From Candidatus Fervidifonticultor sextus (GTDB lineage Bacteria > Sysuimicrobiota > Sysuimicrobiia > Sysuimicrobiales > Humicultoraceae), in NCBI GenBank assembly GCA_031459875.1, contig JAVKHQ010000011.1:17500-81499 (forward strand): a stretch of DNA of 64,000 bases. Reading direction: 5' to 3'. The notes under the pieces were generated by a model. It was not told the DNA's origin, ran no database searches, and saw only the letters and a list, made by a program, of their open reading frames with translations. Shown here in pieces: positions 9,478-17,140 of this stretch. Within the stretch, counting starts at the first letter, position 1, and every line of letters starts with the position of its first letter. A program made the translations under genes and the position numbers.

Positions 9478-9512
9478 GGCCGTATCATAAGGCCATGAAG
9501 GTCTCAATGCAA
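9471..9512 (-). promoter_or_regulatory. Toxin-antitoxin promoter with palindromic operator
   Basis: -35 TTGCAT (9507-9512), 17-bp spacer, -10 TATGAT (9484-9489); perfect 11-bp inverted repeat CCTTCATGGCC-N9-GGCCATGAAGG (9471-9501) brackets the -10 box. Confidence 0.8.
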
Positions 9513-9615
9513 CGGTCTTTCCTTCGCGGCGCCGCGAAGGGCCGTTCGGTCCCTTCGGCCGTCCTCCGGCCTCCCCCGGCAGCATGGGAGGAGGGCTTGG
9601 ACACGACCTCGGGTC

Positions 9616-9690
9616 TGGTGGGCGAGGAGGGTGTCGAACCCCCGACCTCCTCCGTGTAAAGGAGGCGCTCTCCCGCTGAGCTACTCGCCC
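9616..9690 (-). tRNA. tRNA-Val(TAC)
   Basis: Reverse complement GGGCGAGTAGCTCAGCGGGAGAGCG-CCTCC-TTTACAC-GGAGG...GGTTCGACACC...CGCCCACCA. Confidence 0.96.
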
Positions 9691-9695
9691 GCGTC

Positions 9696-9704
9696 AGTAT
9701 AGCA
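9696..9704 (-). promoter_or_regulatory. Extended -10 (TGCTATACT) for tRNA-Val
   Basis: TGnTATACT 5 nt before the tRNA 5' end. Confidence 0.7.
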
Positions 9705-9996
9705 TGGGTCTCTCCGGGCGGGAGCAGGGCCTGTCTTGGGCAGGGTCATCCCCTGCGAATTTCCTGTGGAAAAGATGCGGTCCCGTGCGTGCGTGGCCAA
9801 AGTCTGACTGAATAATATATTTCTAAATAACTTTAATCCGAGAATCCGGCGGCAGACCGCAATGCGCACTTTTTCGACCAAACCGAAGGGAAAATACCGG
9901 CGGCGCGCGAATTTTGGCTTTTTGAACCCAATGGCCAGGGGCGATTCCGGGAGGAGGCCTTCCCCGGGACGAGACCAGCCGGCCGAGGTGACGCCC

Positions 9997-10734
9997 TTGA
10001 AGAAGACGAATCCGGCGCAGGCTGACCTGTTGGTGCGCCTCATGGAACTGGCCGATGCCCCCCATAACCTGGAGGCCATGCAGTATGTGGTCTTCCAGTT
10101 CGATTTCAAGGACTACGAGCAGTTCATCATTGAGTGTCCGCCCGGCAGCATCCGGTTCAACAACGTGTTGCGGGTGGCGGTCTTCTGCGACAACCTCGGG
10201 TACCTCGTCGAGACCGAGGCGGTGGATCGCGAGGCGGTCTACGAACTCTTCCCGATCCCGTGGGCGAAGGTCGAGCCGATCATCCAGGGGATGCGCCGCG
10301 AACTGGACTGGCCCGATGCCTTCGACTACTTCGAGCGCCTCGGGCGCGACTACATGAAGTGGTGGGAGGCCAAGCGCAAGCGGATCAAACCGCTTCCACC
10401 GCTGCCCCAGACTTCCAGTACGCCGCGCGCCCTGACCGTGGCCCGGACGCGGGCGCCCCTGCCCGTCAGGCCTCCGGTGCCGCCCCGGCCGGCCGCATCG
10501 CCGGCGGCGGCGCCCGCGGCCAGGACGGCCTCGCCCGCCACACCCGCCGCCAAGCCTCCCCTGAGGGTCCTGGCCAAGCCTCCGCTGCAGCTGGCCAGGA
10601 AGCCGGTGAAGGTGCTCAAGACCAGGGCCGGGAGCCGACCTGCGGCAAAGGGCACGCCAAAGAGCAAGGCCAGGCCAAAGTCAGGAGCCCGGGCCGGGCC
10701 GAAGGCCAGGGCCACGTCGTCAAGGCGCCGATAG
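9997..10734 (+). CDS. Hypothetical protein: helical DUF4760-like domain plus Pro/Ala/Lys/Arg-rich basic tail
   Basis: GAGGTG RBS then TTG at 9997; 'FCDNLGYLV...W.KVEPII..MR...FDYFE.L' pattern; host-like codon bias. The family call is from recall. Confidence 0.7.
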   Translation: MKKTNPAQADLLVRLMELADAPHNLEAMQYVVFQFDFKDYEQFIIECPPGSIRFNNVLRVAVFCDNLGYLVETEAVDREAVYELFPIPWAKVEPIIQGMRRELDWPDAFDYFERLGRDYMKWWEAKRKRIKPLPPLPQTSSTPRALTVARTRAPLPVRPPVPPRPAASPAAAPAARTASPATPAAKPPLRVLAKPPLQLARKPVKVLKTRAGSRPAAKGTPKSKARPKSGARAGPKARATSSRRR

Positions 10735-10923
10735 CGACCTTCGCGAGCCTGCGGGCACGCCGGCGCCCGCCGCGAGCGGTTTACGCGGAGGGGCGCTCCG
10801 CTTCGTCCCGCTCACGGAGACGCCGGCAGTCTCCTTATACAGGAGCGCAGGCGTCTGGTCCACCCCGGCGGCCTCGCATCGCCAGGGATGGCCGTGGACA
10901 GGCGCGAAGTGACGAAGGTCGGA

Positions 10924-11634
10924 ATGAGCGTCTCGCGTCTGTTCGAACTCCAGCAGATCGACCTCGCCCTGACGAGGGCCATCGCGCAGCGGCAGGCCCT
11001 CGACGATGGCAGCGGCGCGCAGGCGGCCGCCCGGGCTGCGGCCGAGTTCCTGGCCGGCCTGCAGCAGCAGATCGCGGAGGGTCAGGGCCGCCTGCGCACC
11101 CTGGACCTTGAGATCAAGTCGGTGGAGGCCAAGCGGACGAAGGTCGAGCGGGAACTCTACAGCGGGCGGATCGGCAATCCCAAGGAACTGGCCGCGATGC
11201 AGGAGGAGGTCGCGGCCCTGCGCCGGCGCCGGGGGACGCTGGAGGACGAGGTACTGGCATTGATGGAGCGCGCCGAGCACCTGGAGGCACAGGTCCGCGA
11301 GGCCCGGCGGCAACTGGAGGAGGCGGAGGCCGACCTGGCACGGAGGGTTGAGGCATTCCGCCAGGCCGCGGAGGCCTCGGATCGCGAGATCGCCGATTTC
11401 GCCGCCCGCCGCGAAGCGCTGGTCGCGGACCTCGACGAGGACCTGCTGCGGCGATACACGCGGCTGCGGGACCAGAAAGGAGGCATCGCGGTCGTCGCCG
11501 TGCGCCACGGTGTCTGCGGCGGATGCCATGTCGTGATCCCGCAGCGCCTCCTCAGCCGGCTCGAGCGTGATCCGGAGCTCCTGGCAGCCTGCGATGGCTG
11601 CGGGCGCCTGCTGGTGGTCCGGCCGGAAACGTGA
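10924..11634 (+). CDS. Coiled-coil protein with C-terminal C4 zinc ribbon (DUF164/CT398-like)
   Basis: 'LFELQQID', long coiled coil, 'CGGCH...CDGCGRLL'. Confidence 0.88.
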   Translation: MSVSRLFELQQIDLALTRAIAQRQALDDGSGAQAAARAAAEFLAGLQQQIAEGQGRLRTLDLEIKSVEAKRTKVERELYSGRIGNPKELAAMQEEVAALRRRRGTLEDEVLALMERAEHLEAQVREARRQLEEAEADLARRVEAFRQAAEASDREIADFAARREALVADLDEDLLRRYTRLRDQKGGIAVVAVRHGVCGGCHVVIPQRLLSRLERDPELLAACDGCGRLLVVRPET

Positions 11635-11661
11635 GGACCGACAGGCTCTCCAGGATGGCCG

Positions 11662-12081
11662 ATGAAACTCCGCCTCTTCATTGATGGGGCCTCTCGGGGG
11701 AATCCCGGCCCTGCCGGCATCGGTGTGGTCGTGCAGGATGCCCGCGGGCGCACCATCGCCGAGGTCAGAGAGTTCCTGGGCGAGGCCACGAACAACGTGG
11801 CCGAGTACCAGGCACTCCTGCGCGCATTGAGCGAGGCCGAAGCACGGGGGGCGGATGACCTGGAGATCTACGCCGACAGCGACCTGCTGGTCCGGCAGAT
11901 CCAGGGGACCTATCGCGTCAGGCGCGCGCATCTGGTGCCCCTGCACGCCCGGGCCCTGCGGGCGCTGCAGGGGTTTCGCCGCTGGCAGATCGCCCACATC
12001 CCGCGCGAGAAGAACGCCGGCGCCGACGCCCTGGCCAACCGCGCCCTCGACGAATCCGAAGGGTCGGTCCGGCCACGCTGA
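11662..12081 (+). CDS. rnhA: Ribonuclease HI
   Basis: 'DGASRGNPGPAG', 'TNNVAEY', 'DSDLLV', 'REKNAGADALAN'. Confidence 0.93.
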   Translation: MKLRLFIDGASRGNPGPAGIGVVVQDARGRTIAEVREFLGEATNNVAEYQALLRALSEAEARGADDLEIYADSDLLVRQIQGTYRVRRAHLVPLHARALRALQGFRRWQIAHIPREKNAGADALANRALDESEGSVRPR

Positions 12082-12122
12082 GCCTGGTCCACCCGCCCGG
12101 GGAAGCGAAGGCAGCCTGTACT

Positions 12123-12152
12123 TTGACCCGATGCGCGCGCGAATGATACCAT
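12123..12152 (+). promoter_or_regulatory. Sigma70-type promoter of rnpB
   Basis: TTGACC (12123-12128), N18, TACCAT (12147-12152) with TG extension, 5 nt before the RNA. Confidence 0.7.
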
Positions 12153-12157
12153 GAGGC

Positions 12158-12521
12158 GGGAGCAGGCCGGGCGGTCGCGGCGCACTGCGCCGAGGAAAGT
12201 CCGGGCTCCGCAGGGCAGGGTGCCGGGTAATCCCCGGCGGGGGCGACCCCAGGGACCAGTGCCACAGAAACATACCGCCGGTCGGCTTCATCCGGCCGGC
12301 AAGGGTGCAACGGCGGGGTAAGAGCCCGCCGGCGGTCCGGCGACGGACCGGCCAGGCAAACCCCACCAGGAGCAAGGCCAGATAGGGGGAGATGAGGTGG
12401 CCCGCCGATCCCCGGGTAGGCCGCTTGAGGTCCCGGGCAACCGGTGACCCCAGAGAGATGATCGCCGACCGGGCGCCCGAGAGCGTCCGGCGCACAGAAC
12501 CCGGCTTACAGGCCTGCTCCC
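12158..12521 (+). ncRNA. rnpB: RNase P RNA (bacterial type A)
   Basis: GAGGAAAGTCC (12192-12202) and ACAGAACCCGGCTTA (12494-12508) conserved motifs; P1 ends GGGAGCAGGCC/GGCCTGCTCCC. Confidence 0.97.
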
Positions 12522-12533
12522 GGCCAGCCTTCC

Positions 12534-13748
12534 CTACGGATAGATGAGGTAGGGACTCCGGAGCATCTGGAACCGACGCAGTTCCGGCTCCCAGCGCGCC
12601 GCGATGGCGTGCGCCGGCGCGCCGCGCAGAATCTCCTTCCGGATTCGGTTCGTCCCCCACACGAAGTCGAAGACGAAGCGGCCGCCGCGCTGGACGAACT
12701 CCAAGCGGTCGCCGTGGAGCCGCCGGACCTCAACCAGGATGTACACCGCCGTCGTGGCCGGCCTGAAGCGCAGCGGCTCGTGAATCACCAGCCGGACGGC
12801 TCGACGCGGTCCCCCGCTGCGCCCGAGGTCGGACGCTTCGAACACGACGCCTGGCAGCCCGATGAGGTTGAGTCGCGCAGCAAGGCGATCCCCGTCGAGC
12901 CACGGGCTGGACACGACCTGGAAGGGTGAGACGGGGCCGGGTCCGACCACTAGGTTCGTGCCGTCAAGGACACCCGTGGCCGCATAGTAGAACGGCGTGG
13001 TCATCGTGGCGATGTTCGGCGATGGCCGCACCCACGGCAGCCCCGTCTCCTCCCACACCATCCGCCGCGTCCATCCCCGCATGGGCACCACCGTCAGGTC
13101 GGCGTTGATGTCGAACAGGCCATTGAAGAGCTGGGCCAGTTCCCCGATGGTCATCCCGTGCACCAGGGGGATGGCAAACATCCCGATGAACGAGCGAAAC
13201 GCCGGGTCGAGCACCGGGCCGTCCGTCTGCCAGCCGCCCAGCGGGTTGGGCCGGTCCAGCACCACGACCGGCTTTCCGGCTTCACGGGCCGCCTGCATCA
13301 CCAGGGCCATGGTGGACGTGTAGGTATATGCCCGCGCCCCCACATCCTGGAGGTCCACCACGAAGACGTCGACCTGCGCCATCATCTCGGCCGTCGGCCG
13401 GCGTGTCGTATTGTAGAGGCTGTAGACCGGCACGCTGCCGGGGGCGTCCGGGACCGGCTGGCCGGCCGGGACCGTGCCCAGCAGGCCGTGCTCGGGGGCG
13501 AAGAGGGCACTGACCACAAAGCGCGGGTCGCGGGCGAGGGCGGTCGAGGTCGGGACGCCAGCGCTGGTGAGCCCGGCGGCGTGGGTGACCAAACCGATTC
13601 GGCGGCCCTGAAGGAGGCCCGGGGACTCCAGGAGAACATCCACGCCGGGTCGGGTGGGGCCCGATGGCTGGGCGCGAGCGACATCGGCTCCACGGGCCAC
13701 GAGCACCAGACCGGCCAGGAGGAGTACCGACAGGATCCTCACGATCAT
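12534..13748 (-). CDS. namZ: Exported exo-beta-N-acetylmuramidase NamZ (DUF1343) family
   Basis: Signal peptide, 'LFAPEHG', 'DLQDVGARAYTY', 'LDRPNP', 'HGMTIGELA', 'PSPN'. Confidence 0.9.
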   Translation of the reverse strand: MIVRILSVLLLAGLVLVARGADVARAQPSGPTRPGVDVLLESPGLLQGRRIGLVTHAAGLTSAGVPTSTALARDPRFVVSALFAPEHGLLGTVPAGQPVPDAPGSVPVYSLYNTTRRPTAEMMAQVDVFVVDLQDVGARAYTYTSTMALVMQAAREAGKPVVVLDRPNPLGGWQTDGPVLDPAFRSFIGMFAIPLVHGMTIGELAQLFNGLFDINADLTVVPMRGWTRRMVWEETGLPWVRPSPNIATMTTPFYYAATGVLDGTNLVVGPGPVSPFQVVSSPWLDGDRLAARLNLIGLPGVVFEASDLGRSGGPRRAVRLVIHEPLRFRPATTAVYILVEVRRLHGDRLEFVQRGGRFVFDFVWGTNRIRKEILRGAPAHAIAARWEPELRRFQMLRSPYLIYP

Positions 13749-13875
13749 CAGATGATTCGGGCCGGGGCTACCGATTCCTTGGGTGGGATCGTGGGGCCCG
13801 GCTCCACGACGCCGGTGGACTGAGCCGGCAGTCCGCCACCTCCGAGGCGGACCTGTGACCACGATTGCGACACAG

Positions 13876-15582
13876 ATGAGCGACGACATGGAGGCGAGGG
13901 GCGGCTTCCTGGCGCTGATGCGCCACCGCAACTACGCCTGGCTGTGGTCCGCGCAGCTCATTTCCCTCATCGGGGATCGCTTCCACTGGGTGGCAATCTC
14001 GCTGTGGGTCTTCGCCCAGACAGGCTCCGCGCTGTCCGTGTCCTACGCCATCATGGCGCTCCTGATCGCGCCGGCCCTGGTGGGGTTCTACGCGGGGGTG
14101 CTCGTCGATCGGATGGATCGGCGCCGGATCATGGTGGCGGCGGATCTCGTCCGGGCCGGACTGGTCGCCGCGATTCCTTGGTTGATGGAGCAGGGGATCG
14201 GATGGGTCTATCTCGACCTGTTCCTGATCTCCTCGGCGTCCGCCTTCTTCCGGCCTGCGATGTTCGCGGCCATCCCCCAGTCTGTGCCCAAAGCCCGACT
14301 CCTGCAGGCCAACGCCTTCTTCGCGTCCATGGACTCGAGCACCGAGGTCTTCGGGCCGGCGCTGGCCGGGCTGGTGGTGGGCTCGCTGGGCTATGCCGCG
14401 GCGATGTACGTGGACGCGGCCAGCTATCTAATCTCGGCTGTCTTCATCGCGATGCTGCGGCTTGACCGCGTGGAGCCGTCCGGCGCGGAGACCGCCCGCC
14501 GCTCCCAATCCGCCGCCGCTCCCGTCGTGGGGGCACGGGGCGTGGTGCTACCGGCCAGGGCGTACCTGTCGGCGGTCGCGCAGCAGGGGGGAATCCTCCA
14601 CTCCCTGCGCGAGGGCCTCAGGTACATCCGCGGCGACCGGATTCAGGTGGCGCTCGTGGCCCTCCTCGTCGGCGGGTTCTGGGTGGCCGGGCTGAACTCG
14701 CTCCAGACCCCGCTGGCCAAGGGGGTGCTGGGGGTCACCGACCGGCAGTTCGGGTGGTTCCAGAGCGTCTGGGGCATGGGGTTCATCGCGGCTTCGCTCT
14801 TGCTGGCCTGGTTTGGCGGCCGGTTCCCCAAAGGGCAGGCGATCGTGTTCGGGTACCTGCTGTGGGCGGTGGCCGCCGGCGCCACGGGGCTGAGCCCAAA
14901 CTACGGGATGCTCATCGTGTCGGGCTTCTGGGTCGGATTTGCCAACATGCTGGTCTTTGTCAACGTGGCCACCCTGATGATGGAACACACGCCCGAAGAC
15001 ATGATGGGCCGGGTGGTCACGGCCCGCCAGATCCTGGTGGCGTTGATCCGGGTGGCGGCGCTGTTGGGGTTTGGAGCCCTGGCCGATCTCTTCGGGCCAC
15101 AGACCGGCCCGCGCGCCGCGATCCTGGCCATGGCCGGGATTTCACTTGTCGGTACCTTCGTGGCAGCCGCCAGGTTCCCGGTGCTGTGGCGATACCGGAT
15201 CCCGATCCAGCCCCGCGTCGGCGAGACGGCCCCCGTCACCGCAGTGGCCGAGGGGCTGGCGCACCGGATCGCCCCGTTTGGGGCCATCATCCGCGTCCTC
15301 ATCGATCGGACGGACCCAGAGTTCGATCCTGCTGAACAGCGGTGGTTGAACGCGGCCACCCTCTTGATTGTCGGAGTTGGCTGGCTGGTACTCCTGATGG
15401 TCCAGCCGCCTCAGGCCTTCGGCATTGCCGCCGCCGTGGCGGTGTCGATCCTGATCGCCCACCTCGTGCGGGTCATGGCAGGGCGACTTTGGCCCTCGGC
15501 AGGCGGGCATGAGACAGGTGGGGCGGGGCAGGCCTCGCCAGGACAGGAGGAGGAAAAGTTGGGGAGGAGGCGAATACCCTAG
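13876..15582 (+). CDS. MFS transporter (MFS_3/DHA3-like) with C-terminal membrane extension; start uncertain
   Basis: 'LWSAQLISLIGD', motif A 'GVLVDRMDRRRIM', 12 or more hydrophobic segments. Confidence 0.88.
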   Translation: MSDDMEARGGFLALMRHRNYAWLWSAQLISLIGDRFHWVAISLWVFAQTGSALSVSYAIMALLIAPALVGFYAGVLVDRMDRRRIMVAADLVRAGLVAAIPWLMEQGIGWVYLDLFLISSASAFFRPAMFAAIPQSVPKARLLQANAFFASMDSSTEVFGPALAGLVVGSLGYAAAMYVDAASYLISAVFIAMLRLDRVEPSGAETARRSQSAAAPVVGARGVVLPARAYLSAVAQQGGILHSLREGLRYIRGDRIQVALVALLVGGFWVAGLNSLQTPLAKGVLGVTDRQFGWFQSVWGMGFIAASLLLAWFGGRFPKGQAIVFGYLLWAVAAGATGLSPNYGMLIVSGFWVGFANMLVFVNVATLMMEHTPEDMMGRVVTARQILVALIRVAALLGFGALADLFGPQTGPRAAILAMAGISLVGTFVAAARFPVLWRYRIPIQPRVGETAPVTAVAEGLAHRIAPFGAIIRVLIDRTDPEFDPAEQRWLNAATLLIVGVGWLVLLMVQPPQAFGIAAAVAVSILIAHLVRVMAGRLWPSAGGHETGGAGQASPGQEEEKLGRRRIP

Positions 15583-15731
15583 GGTACCGGACCGACAGCA
15601 TGGCAAGCGCGACACTCAACGTCGCAAAGTGAATACCGAGCCCCTCATAAGTCGACCTGCTCCTGGTCGACGGGCGACCTGACCCACCCCGAGTGCAGCG
15701 GCGCGCCCTAACCGCGTATCAGGGTGATCAG

Positions 15732-15803
15732 GTGAAACTGATTCGCGCGGTCAGCAACGCGATTGCTCGCGGGCTATTGCTGGGCGGCGACAGGGAGATG
15801 TGA
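15732..15803 (+). CDS. Putative 23-aa peptide MKLIRAVSNAIARGLLLGGDREM (not in the ORF track)
   Basis: AGGGTGA SD-like sequence at 15721-15727, GTG 15732, TGA 15801-15803; directly precedes the HD-GYP pair. Confidence 0.55.
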   Translation: MKLIRAVSNAIARGLLLGGDREM

Positions 15804-15833
15804 GCTGTCGGTCTGGTTTTCCTTTTCCTAGGC

Positions 15834-17120
15834 TTGATGCAGACTATCTCGCGCGAAGTCCGACTTCTGGTCTTAGTCGAAGTCTCGCTGGCCACGTTGG
15901 CGGTGGTGATCCACGCCGATTCGATCTCATGGTACGAGTGGCCACAAATGCTGTTGTTTTTCCTCGTTGTCGTTGTCGGTTTCTCAGTTCGCATTTCAGA
16001 TCCACGTGGTGGAGCAGTCACGCCAAGCACAGTGCTCTCGTATCTCTTGATCTACTTGTTTAATATACCGACAGCTCTCCTGATTGTCATGGCGGGGAGG
16101 ACAGCTGCATACATCGTCTCAAGAGGAGGGACCTTTTGGCGAGCCGTCGGTAACGGCTCGCTTATGGCCTTAAGCGTTGGCGCAGGAGGATTCGTGTTTA
16201 GGCTGCTGGGTGGTATGCCAGGGCAAATCGAGTTTTCTTCTGTTACTCTCCCGGCAATCATAGGAGGTCCTCTCGCTCACCAAGTCGCTAACAACTTTTT
16301 TGTCAGCTATGCTGCGAGCCGCTGGCGAGGAACACCCTTTCTTAGCAGCTGGTTCGATAGTTTCCGCGATCTGCTCTGGCCGAACCTTCTTAGCATCCCC
16401 ACGGCTGTATTCCTTGCTATTCTGTCAATCGACGTGCACCACATTGTGGTAATGGGATACTTAGCTCTCCTGCCCTTTCAGTGGCAGGCCCTCCGCCTAT
16501 ATCTCAAGCGACGACAACTATACACGCAAATCGTCGATGGGTTGGTGGTGGCCGCCGACGTGAATTTCCCCCTGGGCAAGGGACATGCGCGCCGTGTGGC
16601 TGACCTTGCGGTGGCGATTGCGCGTAAGATGCTCCTTAGCGAGTCGATCGTGGAGTCGGTGCAATTCGCAGCGCTGCTTCACGATGTTGGGATGATAGGG
16701 AAGGACGATTTGCTTGATCGCCCTGTCTTAACTATGGAGGATGCGGAGAATCTGCTTGATCATGTGCGTGTGGGCGCTGCAATGGCGCGTGAACTTCCCC
16801 GTAAGGAAATCGCTGAAGCGATCCTTTACCATCACGAACGGTTCGATGGAACAGGATACCCTGGTGGCCTCAGGGGTGGGGAAATTCCACTTCCAGCAAG
16901 GATCATAGCTCTTGCTGAGGCCGTCGACAGTATGGCATTCGGGATCTTCCCGTACTCCCCGGTGTCCACACGGTCGGCGATAGTCTCCGCCATCTTGAGC
17001 GAAAAAGGCAAATCGTTCGACCCGGAGGTTGTTGATGCGTTCATGAGGGCGGTTGAGGGGAGGAATGTTACTCTTGACTACGATACGGCGCGCCAAGCTG
17101 TCATGGGCCGCATCTCCTGA
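15834..17120 (+). CDS. Membrane-anchored HD-GYP protein (degenerate motifs)
   Basis: About 220-aa multi-TM N-terminus, then 'GHARRVA', 'HDVGM', 'HHERFDGTGYPGGL'. Confidence 0.88.
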   Translation: MMQTISREVRLLVLVEVSLATLAVVIHADSISWYEWPQMLLFFLVVVVGFSVRISDPRGGAVTPSTVLSYLLIYLFNIPTALLIVMAGRTAAYIVSRGGTFWRAVGNGSLMALSVGAGGFVFRLLGGMPGQIEFSSVTLPAIIGGPLAHQVANNFFVSYAASRWRGTPFLSSWFDSFRDLLWPNLLSIPTAVFLAILSIDVHHIVVMGYLALLPFQWQALRLYLKRRQLYTQIVDGLVVAADVNFPLGKGHARRVADLAVAIARKMLLSESIVESVQFAALLHDVGMIGKDDLLDRPVLTMEDAENLLDHVRVGAAMARELPRKEIAEAILYHHERFDGTGYPGGLRGGEIPLPARIIALAEAVDSMAFGIFPYSPVSTRSAIVSAILSEKGKSFDPEVVDAFMRAVEGRNVTLDYDTARQAVMGRIS

Positions 17121-17140
17121 ACTGGGGGACTGTAGGCAAG

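Noticed and set aside
10720..12660. 646-aa minus-strand ORF
   Set aside because: It is antisense to the zinc-ribbon gene, rnhA and rnpB and has no recognisable motifs; a typical high-GC shadow ORF
15600..15632. Tiny ORF MASATLNVAK
   Set aside because: No RBS and only 10 codons; expected by chance
15598..15640. GGCAAGC...GTCGCAAAG resembling a c-di-GMP-I riboswitch upstream of the HD-GYP genes
   Set aside because: No GNRA tetraloop, tetraloop receptor or convincing P1/P3 pairing; an Infernal search with the Rfam c-di-GMP-I model would settle it
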